In this document: piece by piece, positions 1 through 10,332 of the stretch
Numbering within the stretch: position 1 is the stretch's first letter
Layout: every line of letters begins with the position of its first letter
Sequence record: SRR31147125_1466
Reading direction: 5' to 3' (one strand)
Length of the DNA stretch: 39,848 bases
Made by a program: the position numbers and the translations under genes
The notes under the pieces: generated by a model
The model's input: only the letters and a program-made list of their open reading frames with translations
Database searches by the model: none
What the model was told of the DNA's origin: nothing

Positions 1-37
1 AGAAGGCCGTTGCTCTATCCAGCTGAGCTAGTGCACC
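1..37 (-). tRNA. tRNA-Arg(UCU), 5' half (truncated by window edge)
   Basis: Reverse complement GGTGCAC-TA-GCTC-AGCTGGATA-GAGC-A-ACGGC-CT-TCT: acceptor strand, U8A9, D-arm, anticodon stem 5' strand and anticodon TCT. Confidence 0.93.
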
Positions 38-57
38 AAAATCAGTCAGCGTTTAAT

Positions 58-86
58 ATTATAACTTAAACTTGACCAATTGTAAA
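58..86 (-). promoter_or_regulatory. sigma70-type promoter of tRNA-Arg
   Basis: Minus strand TTTACA (86-81), 17 nt, TATAAT (63-58), about 20 nt upstream of the tRNA 5' end. Confidence 0.75.
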
Positions 87-101
87 GTCTTTTTTAATAA
101 A

Positions 102-539
102 TTATGCTTTAATTTTTCCGATTTCAGAAACTTTATCTAAAAGACGTAAAAATGTCTTTGTATCGTCTTCACCCAAATGATTAACAAGTATTTCAATCGG
201 GCGATAATACTCATCTCTAATCGACTCAACATATGATTTTCCTTCTTGTGTAAGTCGTATATAAATCACACGTAAATCTTTTTCAGATGGTACTTTTTCA
301 ATATAGTTCTTCTTTACTAACTCATTAACTTTATGTGTAACAGCCGGTAATGTAACTTTAAGTCTTTTTGAAATATCTGTAACCATTACTTTTTGGTTCA
401 TGTCACAAAAAGCAACACAAAACAATACCATGATATCCGCATCACTTAATGTCGTATCTATTCTAGAATAAACACCAGAACGTCTAAATATTTTAAGTGC
501 ACGATCAAGTTTTTGTAATGTTTGATAGTCTTTTGCCAT
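102..539 (-). CDS. MarR family transcriptional regulator
   Basis: 145 aa; winged HTH pattern 'VTDISKRLKVTLPAVTHKVNELVKKNYIEK...DLRVIYIRLTQEG'; GGAGG RBS. Confidence 0.88.
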   Translation of the reverse strand: MAKDYQTLQKLDRALKIFRRSGVYSRIDTTLSDADIMVLFCVAFCDMNQKVMVTDISKRLKVTLPAVTHKVNELVKKNYIEKVPSEKDLRVIYIRLTQEGKSYVESIRDEYYRPIEILVNHLGEDDTKTFLRLLDKVSEIGKIKA

Positions 540-565
540 GATGAGCCTCCATTCTTCCCAACAAT

Positions 566-594
566 ATTTTATCTTTTTTTATGAAGCAATTCAA
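566..594 (-). promoter_or_regulatory. putative promoter of MarR gene
   Basis: Minus strand TTGAAT (594-589), 17 nt, TAAAAT (571-566). Confidence 0.5.
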
Positions 595-609
595 GATAAA
601 TATTTTCGG

Positions 610-1226
610 TTATACGTATTTTTCATAAAATGATAAAATATGTTGATATCGATTGATTGTTTTAACATCAGCATGCTTCATCAATTTTTTTATACGATTT
701 ATTTGATATCTATAATACGGTTTTGCTTCTGGTTTTGTTTTTAATATAGGGCCTACATATAAATCTTCTTCCTTATATTGATAACTACCTTTGGAAACTT
801 TAAAGATGATATAGAAAAATTTATCAAAGACAACATATTCATCAATCATATGATAGCCATGATCAAATAAAAATTGTCTTAATATATCATATTTATCATT
901 TGCTTGTAATATGTATGTAGCACTTTGATGTTTTTGACTGAGTATATCGATGATTGTATAGACACCCATACCCGCAATCACAACCATATCATAGGAAGCA
1001 TGAATCGATTCAAATCCATTAGACACTACAAACTCAACAGGATAACCTACTAAGTTTTTTTCGCTTGATTAAGCGGTTTTTCTCCTATATCAGCTGCAAT
1101 TGCTGATTGAATAAACCCTTGATCAATCGCTTTTTTTATGACAAGTCCATGATCACATCCGATATCTAGGATTGTATCATAACCTTGTAAGCATTGTGCA
1201 AGAACATCGAGTCTCTTATTTACCAT
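610..1226 (-). pseudogene. trmK: tRNA (adenine22-N1)-methyltransferase TrmK, frameshifted at an A7 tract (1055-1061); may be an intact gene with a sequencing error
   Basis: N-part MVNKRL...ILDIGCDHG...AADIGEKPLNQAKK stops at TAG 1052-1050; C-part ...SNGF...VVIAGMG...ILQAN is in another frame. One extra A gives NQAKKNLVGYPVEFVVSNG, about 205 aa. Canonical position after rpoD. Confidence 0.85.
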
Positions 1227-2478
1227 GATAGATTTCTTTAAGTTTATTTTGACGAGATGGTGAACGAAGTTTACGTAGTGCTTTTGCTTCAATTTGACGT
1301 ATACGTTCTCTTGTTACACCAAATTCTCTTCCCACTTCTTCTAATGTATGATTCTTACCATCAAATAAGCCATATCTTAATCTTAATACTTTTTCTTCTC
1401 TATCTGTTAACGTTTCTAATACATCATCTAAAACTTGCTTAATCATATCTTGGATCATCACTTCATGCGGTGTTAATGCATTAGGATCTGATATAAAATC
1501 ACCAAGTGATGAATCTTCTTCTTCACCAACATGTGCTTCTAAAGATATGGGTTCTTTTGCAATTCTTTGAATGTTTTGAACTTTTTCAGGTGTAATCCCC
1601 ATTTTTTCAGCAATCTCTTCCACACTTGGATCTCTTGCTAGGTCTTGTACAAGTTGACGTTGAATACGAATCATTTTATTAATCGTTTCAACCATATGTA
1701 CAGGAATTCTAATGGTACGTGCTTGATCTGCTACAGCTCTGGTAATCGCTTGTCTAATCCACCACGTTGCATATGTTGAAAATTTAAATCCTTTTTCATA
1801 ATCAAATTTATCAACAGCACGCATTAATCCCATATTACCTTCTTGAATTAAATCTAAGAATAGAAGTCCACGTCCAACATAACGTTTTGCAATAGATACA
1901 ACTAAACGGTAGTTTGCTTCAACAAGTTTATTTTTTGCCCATTGTGCACGATCAATAATATCTTGTAATTCTTCTTGATCATTTTCAGATAATTCTAATT
2001 CGCCATTTCTAAATAATTCCAATTGTTCTCTTGCATAACGCCCATTAGACACTTGAATGGCATAGCCTTGTTCTTGTTCCTGATTTAATAATGGAATTTG
2101 TCCAATTTCTTTTAAATACATACGAACTGGATCATCAGTTTTAATGGTTGAAGCAATGGTTTCAACATCAACCAATTCTTCTTCTTCAACTTCTAACCCT
2201 GAAAGAGATAAATCATCTGGTTCATCATCAGAACCAGTTTCTTCTTCATCATCGTCATCTTCTTCAATGTCAAGACCTGATAAATCATCTAATGATAATT
2301 CTTCTTCTTCAGAATCTACATCTTCATCTATCATAATATTTAAATCTAATAACTCTTTTTCTATTTTGTAATAATCTTGCGTGCCTGGTTTTGCATAAAC
2401 TATGACTTCATCTAGTGCTACTAATTTATCACTATTAGCTAGTTTAGCAAGTTTTTTTACTACCTTTTTAGTTTCCAT
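1216..2478 (-). CDS. rpoD: RNA polymerase primary sigma factor RpoD/SigA (own start METKK, 420 aa; in frame with dnaG as assembled)
   Basis: [12 protein letters not shown] (region 1.2), [36 protein letters not shown] (region 2), [28 protein letters not shown] (region 4.2); GGAGGT RBS just upstream of ATG 2478. Confidence 0.95.
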   Translation of the reverse strand: METKKVVKKLAKLANSDKLVALDEVIVYAKPGTQDYYKIEKELLDLNIMIDEDVDSEEEELSLDDLSGLDIEEDDDDEEETGSDDEPDDLSLSGLEVEEEELVDVETIASTIKTDDPVRMYLKEIGQIPLLNQEQEQGYAIQVSNGRYAREQLELFRNGELELSENDQEELQDIIDRAQWAKNKLVEANYRLVVSIAKRYVGRGLLFLDLIQEGNMGLMRAVDKFDYEKGFKFSTYATWWIRQAITRAVADQARTIRIPVHMVETINKMIRIQRQLVQDLARDPSVEEIAEKMGITPEKVQNIQRIAKEPISLEAHVGEEEDSSLGDFISDPNALTPHEVMIQDMIKQVLDDVLETLTDREEKVLRLRYGLFDGKNHTLEEVGREFGVTRERIRQIEAKALRKLRSPSRQNKLKEIYHGK

Positions 2479-4224
2479 GGGTACCTCCATTTTTTTAAAC
2501 TGTGCAAGCAATGTAAAGTATTCCAATTCCATCGCTGGGTTTTTGTAAGCATTTTTAGCGAGTTCATCCTTTAAGTAAGCGAGTCGTCTTTTTGATGCTG
2601 CTTGTTTAATGCTTGATACATAAGTCTCATACGATTTTTTAGGAATCTCTAATTTTTTTGCATATAACATATCTGTTAATATATATTTTTCGAAATATGT
2701 ACGTTGATCATGTGTTAAATAATCACTAAAATCACTAATGTCTATTATATCATGGTCTTGATAATATGACATAATCTTTGACCTAATCGTTGATATCACA
2801 GGATCTGCAAAATCATTAATGGATAGCATACTATGAACCCATAGTGCATCTTCTTTAGATCTTAACATAATGATTGTAATGTAACGTTCTGCACGTTCAT
2901 ACTTGTCAGCAATTTTTTCTTTAACTGCTTGATCTGTTGGTCTTGCTTGTGGTAATTGTTTATGGCTTTTCTTTACATGAATATCTGATGCATCAATATG
3001 CAAGGTTTGTGCAAGTAATTTCTTATAGATTTGCACAATCGCTGGATCAGCATGAGATAACATATAAGTTACCTTGTCTTTAAACAATTTAATATCATTT
3101 GAATTATTTAAATCAAGACCTTGTTTATAATAATTAAATCTAAAACGATATGGATCTGTAACATTTTGACTAAAGAGTTGATCATATTTTTCAGGTCCAT
3201 AACTTTTTATAAATTCATCTGGATCTAATTTTTCTGGTATCACTAAAACTTCTGTTTTAAGTCCAACCTTATCTAAAACCGGAATAGCACTATCAGTTGC
3301 TTTTTGTCCTGCTTGATCACCATCATAAGCAATCACAACAGATGGCGAAAATCTTTTAATAAGCGCTGCTTGATTTCTAGTAAGTGCAGTACCCATGGTT
3401 GCTACTCCATTTGTCACACCTGCTTGATAGGAGCTAATCACATCAAAAAAGCCTTCAAATAAAATCACTTGCTTTAGTTTTCTTATATCTCTAAGACCTT
3501 CATGTAAGTGATAGAGTAAATATCCCTTTTTAAAAATAACAGTTTCTGGACTGTTAACATATTTAATTTGATCCTTAGAAGATAGTGTACGCCCACTAAA
3601 CCCAACCACATAACCATCAGGATTTGTAATTGGAAAAATCACGCGATCTGAAAATAAATCGTAGTATTTACCTTCATCATTTTGCTTAACAATACCTAAT
3701 TTGATCATATCTGAGACACGATAACCTTTATCTTTTAATACTTGATAAAGTGTATCGCCATATGCTGGTGCATAACCTAATCGAAAATGATCAATTGTTT
3801 TGCCACTTAATTCTCTTTTAATTAAATAGTCATATGCTTGTTGCCCAGCTTTACTATTTTTTAAATTAAAACTATAAAATGTGGCTGCTTCATCCATCAT
3901 TTTATAATATGGTTCATGTGGATTCGTTTTTACTTTTGTTTGTTTGACTGTAATACCCGCTCTTTTTGCAAGTTCTTGTGCGGCTTGCTCAAAAGAAATA
4001 TTTTTTATCTTGCGATAAAAATTAATAGGATTTCCACCTTCACCGCAGCCCATACATTTACAAATATTTTTTTCTGGTGACACAGAAAAACTTGGCGTTT
4101 TTTCATCATGAAATGGACAGAGCCCCATATAATTCTTACCACGTTTTTCTAAATCAACAAACTCAGAAACAACATCAAGGATTTGCGTTTTTTTATTAAT
4201 TTCTTCAATCAACTTTATATCCAT
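2468..4224 (-). CDS. dnaG: DNA primase DnaG; no stop as assembled (reads into rpoD); end given assumes A7->A8 at 2490-2496
   Basis: Zinc finger [11 protein letters not shown]...C..C, YVNSPET.IFKK, TOPRIM EGFFDVI...[12 protein letters not shown]; start MDIK at 4224 with AGGAAG RBS. Confidence 0.93.
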
Positions 4225-4251
4225 GACATCACTTCCTTTCAAATCTATCAA

Positions 4252-5622
4252 TTAGTATTTAATTTGATCTCTGATATAAGCTTTTAAATCTTTAAGTGCA
4301 ATACGCTCTTGTTTCATCGTATCTCTGTGTCTTACAGTCACTGATTCAAGTGATTCAGTGTCGTGATCAATAGTGACACATAAATATGTACCAATTGCAT
4401 CTTGTCTTCGATAACGTTTACCAATATTTTGTGTTTCATCATAGACAACATCAAAATCTGCAGATAAGTCACTATATATTGCTTCTGCTTTTTCTTTATG
4501 AAGTTTTTTAACAAGTGGTAAAACTGCGACTTTATATGGTGCAAGTTTCGGATGTAATCTTAAAACTTGACGTTCGCTACCATCTTCAAGTTTTTCCATG
4601 TCATAAGCACTCATTAAAAATGCTAAAACAAGTCTTTCAACACCAACAGATGGTTCAATCACATAAGGTATATATTTTTCATTCGTTTGAGGATCTAAAT
4701 ATTCTAGGCTTTCTTTTGATTTTTCTTGATGCGCTTTTAAATCAAAATCAGTACGAGATGCAATCCCCCACAATTCATCAAATCCCCACGGGAATTTAAA
4801 TTCGATATCAGTTGTTGCATTTGAATAATGTGCTAAACTTTCAGGACTATGATCAACATATTTTAAATCTTCTTGTTTCAATCCAAGATTTAAAAGCCAG
4901 TCCATCATGAATTTTTTCCAATAAGCAAACCATTCAAGTTCAGTACCTGGCTTACAAAAAAACTCCATTTCCATTTGTTCAAATTCTCTTGTTCTAAAAA
5001 TGAAATTACCTGGTGTAATCTCATTTCTAAATGATTTACCGACTTGACATACACCAAATGGTAATTTTTTCCTCGTCGTTCTTTGAATATGTTTAAAATT
5101 AATAAAAATACCTTGTGCTGTCTCTGGTCTTAAATAAATTTCATTTGCTTGTTCTAAAACAACACCTTGGTGTGTTTTAAACATCATATTAAATGAGCGA
5201 ATAGGTAGAAAATCATGTGCACCACAACTTGGACATTTAATCTCATGATTTACTAAATAATCATACATCTCTTCATTTGTCCATCCATCTGGATCGACAC
5301 TTGAATCATGTGCTGTAATCAAATGATCTGCTCTAAATCTTTGATGGCAACTCTTGCACTCAGTCAAAGGATCACTAAAACCACCCAAATGACCACTTGC
5401 TTCCCATACTGATGAGTTTAATAATATAGAACTATCAAATAACACATTATATGGTGTTTGTCTTTGAAATTTTTGTATCCATGCTTCTTTTATATTTTTT
5501 TTAAGTACACTACCTAATGGTCCATAATCCCAAGTGTTAGCAAGACCACCATAAATGTCACTACCTTGAAATATAAAACCTGTTGATTTGGCAAATTGTA
5601 CGATTTGATCTAATGAAGTCAT
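4252..5622 (-). CDS. glyQS: glycine--tRNA ligase, homodimeric (alpha2) type
   Basis: YLRPETAQGIF, GKSFRNEITPGNFIFRTREFEQME, YVIEPSVGVER, IGKRYRRQDAIG. Confidence 0.96.
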   Translation of the reverse strand: MTSLDQIVQFAKSTGFIFQGSDIYGGLANTWDYGPLGSVLKKNIKEAWIQKFQRQTPYNVLFDSSILLNSSVWEASGHLGGFSDPLTECKSCHQRFRADHLITAHDSSVDPDGWTNEEMYDYLVNHEIKCPSCGAHDFLPIRSFNMMFKTHQGVVLEQANEIYLRPETAQGIFINFKHIQRTTRKKLPFGVCQVGKSFRNEITPGNFIFRTREFEQMEMEFFCKPGTELEWFAYWKKFMMDWLLNLGLKQEDLKYVDHSPESLAHYSNATTDIEFKFPWGFDELWGIASRTDFDLKAHQEKSKESLEYLDPQTNEKYIPYVIEPSVGVERLVLAFLMSAYDMEKLEDGSERQVLRLHPKLAPYKVAVLPLVKKLHKEKAEAIYSDLSADFDVVYDETQNIGKRYRRQDAIGTYLCVTIDHDTESLESVTVRHRDTMKQERIALKDLKAYIRDQIKY

Positions 5623-5634
5623 AAGTTCACATCC

Positions 5635-6291
5635 TTAAGAAATATTTTTTAATGTTGTATGTAGATGATATGCATAATACTTGATGATAAACGACTCAAT
5701 ACGTTTAAATGATTGGTCTAAAATATCATTAAGTTCATTATAAGGTAAAACATATAGTTTTAAAAGTGTAATAGCTTCTTTTGTATCCAAATCTGAAGCA
5801 TATGCTTCGTTTTTGTAAACAAGGCCACCTTTTTCAACGCTAACGCCTTTAACAACGCGTCCATCAGCTTTTAAATCAATGCCATATCCAAGTATTTGCA
5901 ATACTTTTAATGCAAAAGCATACGCAGCTATTTGTGTGTGCTTTTGAGCTAGTGCATCAATTAATTCTTGATATATCTTTTCATGATTTTCTATATCTAT
6001 CATAAATTTATCGACGATTTCTAACATCAATGCTGCATATTTTGTATATTGATAATCTTCTTTTATATATGCATAATCATTGATAAGTTTGGGGTTTTTA
6101 AAATGCATAAATGTTTTATTTTTAGTTTCATCAAATGAAACCAAAGATAAAAATTGTCCAATGACTCTTGTTTTTTGAGTTAATTTTTGGGCACCTCTAG
6201 CAAGTAGTGTGATTTTACCATATGGCGTATATACAAATAACAATCTCGAAGATTCTTGGTAAGGTTGTATTTTATAAATAATGCCTTCCAT
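5635..6291 (-). CDS. recO: DNA repair protein RecO
   Basis: N-terminal OB fold 'EGIIYKIQPYQESSRLLFVYTPYGKITLLARGA'; canonical position between era and glyS. Confidence 0.85.
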   Translation of the reverse strand: MEGIIYKIQPYQESSRLLFVYTPYGKITLLARGAQKLTQKTRVIGQFLSLVSFDETKNKTFMHFKNPKLINDYAYIKEDYQYTKYAALMLEIVDKFMIDIENHEKIYQELIDALAQKHTQIAAYAFALKVLQILGYGIDLKADGRVVKGVSVEKGGLVYKNEAYASDLDTKEAITLLKLYVLPYNELNDILDQSFKRIESFIIKYYAYHLHTTLKNIS

Positions 6292-7181
6292 TAAAATTCA
6301 CCAACGCCGTATGCTTTTAAATCACTTTCTCGATTGCGCCAATCTTTTTTTACTTTAATCCACAAACTTAAATGAATTTTTTTCTTTAATTCACGATTGA
6401 TTTCTTTTCTTGCAAGTGTACCAATCTCTTTAATTTTACTCCCTTGATGTCCGATTAATATGCGTTTTTGTGATGCTCTTTCAACAATAATCAGTGCATC
6501 GACATCAAGTGTATTTGTTTTTTTGTTATCTTCTAGTCTTTCAATCACAACAGCAACTGCATGTGGCACTTCTTGTTCTGTTAATCGAAGAATTTTTTCA
6601 CGGACAAATTCACTCATAAGAGTCACTTCAGATTGATCGCTATCCATTGTATCTGGATAAAATTTTGGCCCCTCTGGTAAATAAGAAATAAGACCCTGTT
6701 CTAATTTGTCTAAATATGTTTTATCTTTTGCTGAAATAGGATAATATCCTTCAAATTTATAATGTTGCATATAACTTAAAATAATATCATCAATATCAGA
6801 TTTTTTTGCAAGTGTATCGATTTTATTAACCAATAAAAACACAGGTACACGAACATGTTCAAAATACTTTACAATATGTGATTCAGCTTTTCCTAGTTTT
6901 TTATCCACCACAAAAAGTACAAGATCAACATCTTGTAAACTAGATACTGCGATTTTATCTATGGTTTGATTAAGTAGGTCCTTACCCTTATGCATACCGG
7001 GTGTATCAACGAATATCATTTGATATTGATCATTGGTGATTAAACCAGAAATACGATGTCTCGTCGTTTGTGGTTTATCTGATGTAATGGCTACTTTTTT
7101 ACCTACGATTGCATTTAATAATGTTGATTTTCCGACATTGGGTCTACCAACAATTGCAATAAATCCTGAATGATATGACAT
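6291..7181 (-). CDS. era: GTPase Era (start MSYHSG)
   Basis: GRPNVGKSTL, KPQTTR, DTPG, NKID, KH domain with LWIKVKKDWR. Confidence 0.96.
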   Translation of the reverse strand: MSYHSGFIAIVGRPNVGKSTLLNAIVGKKVAITSDKPQTTRHRISGLITNDQYQMIFVDTPGMHKGKDLLNQTIDKIAVSSLQDVDLVLFVVDKKLGKAESHIVKYFEHVRVPVFLLVNKIDTLAKKSDIDDIILSYMQHYKFEGYYPISAKDKTYLDKLEQGLISYLPEGPKFYPDTMDSDQSEVTLMSEFVREKILRLTEQEVPHAVAVVIERLEDNKKTNTLDVDALIIVERASQKRILIGHQGSKIKEIGTLARKEINRELKKKIHLSLWIKVKKDWRNRESDLKAYGVGEF

Positions 7182-7182
7182 A

Positions 7183-7575
7183 TTATTCCTCTTCAAATGT
7201 TGTAAAACTATATGGTAATAACTCTTCTTTAGTGACTTCTTTGATATCACCTTTTGTATTTGCAAGTGTAATTTTCGCATCATTAGGTAATAATTCGTTC
7301 ATCACTTGTCTACATGCACCACAAGGTGATACTGGGTCATGAGTATCTGCAACAATCGTTATCGATTTTATATCTTCTTTTTTGTATCCTTGGCTATATG
7401 TTGCATATAATGCACTACGCTCTGCACAATTGGTTAATCCGAGCGATGCATTTTCAATATTTGCCCCATGAATGATTGTGCCATCTTTAAGTTCAATCGC
7501 TGCGCCAACTTTAAATTTTGAATATGGTGTATACGCATGAAGTCTTGCTTTTTTTGCTTCTTCTAAATTTTTCAT
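7183..7575 (-). CDS. cdd: cytidine deaminase
   Basis: [39 protein letters not shown]. Confidence 0.96.
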   Translation of the reverse strand: MKNLEEAKKARLHAYTPYSKFKVGAAIELKDGTIIHGANIENASLGLTNCAERSALYATYSQGYKKEDIKSITIVADTHDPVSPCGACRQVMNELLPNDAKITLANTKGDIKEVTKEELLPYSFTTFEEE

Positions 7576-8003
7576 TTTACCACCCTTTCAAGCTGAGCTT
7601 GTTTTAATATTTTTTCTTGTGCTTCTATCATTTCTTTTTCTTCTTCTTCAGTATAATGATCATAACCTAATAAATGAAGATAGCCATGAACTGATAAAAA
7701 GCCAAGTTCTCTTTCAAATGAGTGTTGATAGGACTCTGCTTGTTCTCTTGCTTTATCTAGGCAAATAAATATATCACCTAAGGATTCATCTCTTGGATCA
7801 TCATTTGGAAAACTTAAAACATCTGTTGGTCTATCGACCTCTCTATATGTTTTATTTAATTGATGAATTTGTTCTAATGAAACAAATATCACTTGCATGG
7901 GTTTATCTTCCCTCACAAATGAGAAAATGTGATCAATGAGTTTTATCGCATTATCAATGGATTCATCTGTTTGATTAAAATAATTTATTTTCAATGCTTT
8001 CAT
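7572..8003 (-). CDS. ybeY: rRNA maturation endoribonuclease YbeY (start 8003 or TTG 7994)
   Basis: [25 protein letters not shown] motif. Confidence 0.95.
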   Translation of the reverse strand: MKALKINYFNQTDESIDNAIKLIDHIFSFVREDKPMQVIFVSLEQIHQLNKTYREVDRPTDVLSFPNDDPRDESLGDIFICLDKAREQAESYQHSFERELGFLSVHGYLHLLGYDHYTEEEEKEMIEAQEKILKQAQLERVVK

Positions 8004-8937
8004 ACCTTTCAAGAATATGTTGTACGAGTGGATGTCTAACGACATCAACGCGTTCAAAATGAATAATCTTAATATCATCTAATTGATCAAGGACTTGTAT
8101 AGCTTGTGATAAACCTTGAATATGATGAGTCGCTAAATCGGTTTGTGATGGATCACCAGTAATGACCATTTTCGATGCAAATCCTAAACGTGTTAAAAAC
8201 ATCTTCATTTGTGCTCTTGTTGTGTTTTGTGCCTCATCTAATATGACAAATGCATTTTCTAAAGTTCTTCCTCTCATATATGCAAGTGGTGCAATCTCAA
8301 TGACACCCTTCTCCATATAAGCAAGTGTTTGATTCATACCAAGCATTTCATATAACGCATCATATAATGGTATCAAGTAAGGGTCTATTTTTTCTTTTAA
8401 GTCACCAGGTAAAAATCCAAGATTTTCACCAGCTTCTACAACTGGTCTAGTCAAAATAAGTTTTTTGACTTGTCCTTTTTTGAGTGCTGCCACAGCACTT
8501 GCTACCGCTAAATAAGTCTTCCCTGTTCCAGCAGGACCAACACCAAATGTTAAATCATATGTTTCAATGGCTTTAACGTATGCTCTTTGATTAAACGTTT
8601 TAGGAAAAATAGCTTTTCCTTGATCACTAACAAGTATAACTTTTCTAGATTTATAAAGGCCAATAATATCCTTCATATCTCCCTTTTCAGCAAGCTTTGT
8701 GATATACATCACATCACGTTCATTCAGCTGAATATTTAAATTTACCAACTCAATTAAAACAGCAAAAATAGTCTCCAACAACGCAAGTTTTTCACCTTCT
8801 GCATCGGTTATAATATCTGAACCTCTAACAGAAACTGAAACACCTAAGTATTGTTTGAAAACTAATAAATTTCTATCTTGTACGCCGACTAATCGACTGA
8901 TTGAATCAACATGATTAATTTGTTGGCTTAATTTCAT
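7975..8937 (-). CDS. phoH: PhoH-like ATPase
   Basis: [59 protein letters not shown]. Confidence 0.94.
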   Translation of the reverse strand: MKLSQQINHVDSISRLVGVQDRNLLVFKQYLGVSVSVRGSDIITDAEGEKLALLETIFAVLIELVNLNIQLNERDVMYITKLAEKGDMKDIIGLYKSRKVILVSDQGKAIFPKTFNQRAYVKAIETYDLTFGVGPAGTGKTYLAVASAVAALKKGQVKKLILTRPVVEAGENLGFLPGDLKEKIDPYLIPLYDALYEMLGMNQTLAYMEKGVIEIAPLAYMRGRTLENAFVILDEAQNTTRAQMKMFLTRLGFASKMVITGDPSQTDLATHHIQGLSQAIQVLDQLDDIKIIHFERVDVVRHPLVQHILERYESIENKLF

Positions 8938-8963
8938 TAAATCGCTCCTTATACGTGTCTATA

Positions 8964-8992
8964 ATTATACCATTAAGCTAAAACAATTTAAA
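8964..8992 (-). promoter_or_regulatory. promoter of the phoH-ybeY-...-rpoD operon
   Basis: Minus strand TTTAAA, 17 nt, TATAAT with extended -10 (TGg-TATAAT). Confidence 0.6.
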
Positions 8993-9019
8993 GTTTTAAT
9001 ATGTGTTTTGATAAGAATT

Positions 9020-9046
9020 AAAAACGCACCTAATTTGAAGGTGCGT
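9020..9046 (-). terminator. intrinsic terminator after rpsU
   Basis: ACGCACCT / AGGTGCGT 8-bp stem followed by a T run on the minus strand. Confidence 0.8.
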
Positions 9047-9054
9047 CTAGAAGT

Positions 9055-9228
9055 TTACTTATTCTTTTTGCGTGCTGCACGGAGACGTTCTTTACGTTGA
9101 ACACTAGGTTTTTGGTAAAACTCACGTTTGCGTGCTTCTTGGAGGTTTCCAGCTTTAGAAACATCACGTTTGAAACGACGTAAAGCATCTTCTAATGATT
9201 CTTTTTCGCGAATTACTGTTTTAGGCAT
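9055..9228 (-). CDS. rpsU: 30S ribosomal protein S21 (start MPKTV)
   Basis: [12 protein letters not shown]...[20 protein letters not shown]. Confidence 0.97.
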   Translation of the reverse strand: MPKTVIREKESLEDALRRFKRDVSKAGNLQEARKREFYQKPSVQRKERLRAARKKNK

Positions 9229-9269
9229 GTACTGCCCTCCTTCCACGCTTAGTATATCAAGCCGTTGTT

Positions 9270-9298
9270 ATTATATATGATTTTTATGCGTTTGTCAA
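9270..9298 (-). promoter_or_regulatory. consensus sigma70 promoter of rpsU
   Basis: Minus strand TTGACA (9298-9293), 17 nt, TATAAT (9275-9270). Confidence 0.85.
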
Positions 9299-9300
9299 AA

Positions 9301-9993
9301 TTATTTACAATTTTTATGCAAGAAGAAACTTAATGCTTGAAGGCTAGCTGCTTCAGTTGGAAAAATGTTAGAACCTAAGGATACAAATTTTGCATTCATT
9401 GATTTAAAATATGTTCTCTCTCGATCACTAATACCACCTTCTGGACCAATAACGACTGCATATTTAGCATCTGCTTTTAATGGGCATAAATCCTTTAATT
9501 CAATCATTTTTTCATCTTCATCACAAACAATAATTTCATCAAATTGATTAAAGTCGACGTGCTTAATTTTATCAATCATATCAATTGAAGGTAAATCGAA
9601 TCGATGTGCAAGTTCAGCAGCTTCTTTAGCAATCACTTTTGATCTTTTTAACTTATGTGTTTTATTTTCTAGTTTAGCAATTGAGCGTTCCATCCCACAA
9701 AAGATCATGTGTGATACACCAAAGATCGTTGCATATTTACTTACAAATTCAATTTTTTGTTTTTTAGGCAACCCTTGTATGAGTGTTACATCATAGAAAA
9801 ACGGTTTATCAAGTGCTTTTATTTGACGATATGTAACTTCTTCATCATTGATATATATCGATGCCAGTACACATTGTAATTGATCACAAACAATGATCTG
9901 ATCATCATTTTTCATACGCATGACTCGCTTTATATGATGCGCATCTTGACCTGTGATTTTCTGATTTAATTGATCTACAAAATATCTTTGCAT
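9301..9993 (-). CDS. rsmE: 16S rRNA m3U1498 methyltransferase RsmE (start MQRYF)
   Basis: MQRYF...HHIKRVMRM, IGPEGG, FVSLG..IFPTEAA; GGAG RBS. Confidence 0.9.
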   Translation of the reverse strand: MQRYFVDQLNQKITGQDAHHIKRVMRMKNDDQIIVCDQLQCVLASIYINDEEVTYRQIKALDKPFFYDVTLIQGLPKKQKIEFVSKYATIFGVSHMIFCGMERSIAKLENKTHKLKRSKVIAKEAAELAHRFDLPSIDMIDKIKHVDFNQFDEIIVCDEDEKMIELKDLCPLKADAKYAVVIGPEGGISDRERTYFKSMNAKFVSLGSNIFPTEAASLQALSFFLHKNCK

Positions 9994-10007
9994 ACTTTTC
10001 TCTCCAT

Positions 10008-10037
10008 AAAAAAAGTGCTTCATAGAAACACTTTTTT
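10008..10037 (-). terminator. terminator after secG
   Basis: Minus strand AAAAAAGTGTTTC-TAT-GAAGCACTTTTTTT hairpin with U tail. Confidence 0.65.
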
Positions 10038-10039
10038 GA

Positions 10040-10264
10040 TTAATGTAGGTTGTTTGATACGACAACTGAAACAACTAATAATACAGCTGTTACAACGGAT
10101 GCTCTCGTTAAGAATAATTCAAATCCGCGTTCTTTTTTATTTTTAAATAATTCTGATTTTTCGCCACTAAATGCATCACTAATATCTTCGTTTGAACTTT
10201 GTAACATAACAAGTACAATCATAGCAAGTGCAAAGACGATTACCAAATAATCAATCCAAAGCAT
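10040..10264 (-). CDS. secG: preprotein translocase subunit SecG
   Basis: Two TM helices, 'VMLQSS...AFSGEKSELFKNKKERGFELFL'; GGAGG RBS. Confidence 0.9.
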   Translation of the reverse strand: MLWIDYLVIVFALAMIVLVMLQSSNEDISDAFSGEKSELFKNKKERGFELFLTRASVVTAVLLVVSVVVSNNLH

Positions 10265-10289
10265 AGACATCCTCCTAAAATTTCAATTT

Positions 10290-10318
10290 ATGATACCAAA
10301 TTTTGAAGGGTTTGTCAA
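10290..10318 (-). promoter_or_regulatory. promoter of secG
   Basis: Minus strand TTGACA, 17 nt, TATCAT with TGn extension. Confidence 0.75.
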
Positions 10319-10332
10319 TGAAAGTTTATTGA

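Noticed and set aside
2144..2371. Ser-rich plus-strand ORF and the overlapping 2148-2336 ORF
   Set aside because: Antisense shadow of the GAA/GAT-rich acidic segment of rpoD.
5623..5640. T-box leader for glyQS
   Set aside because: recO ends 12 nt upstream, leaving no room for a leader.
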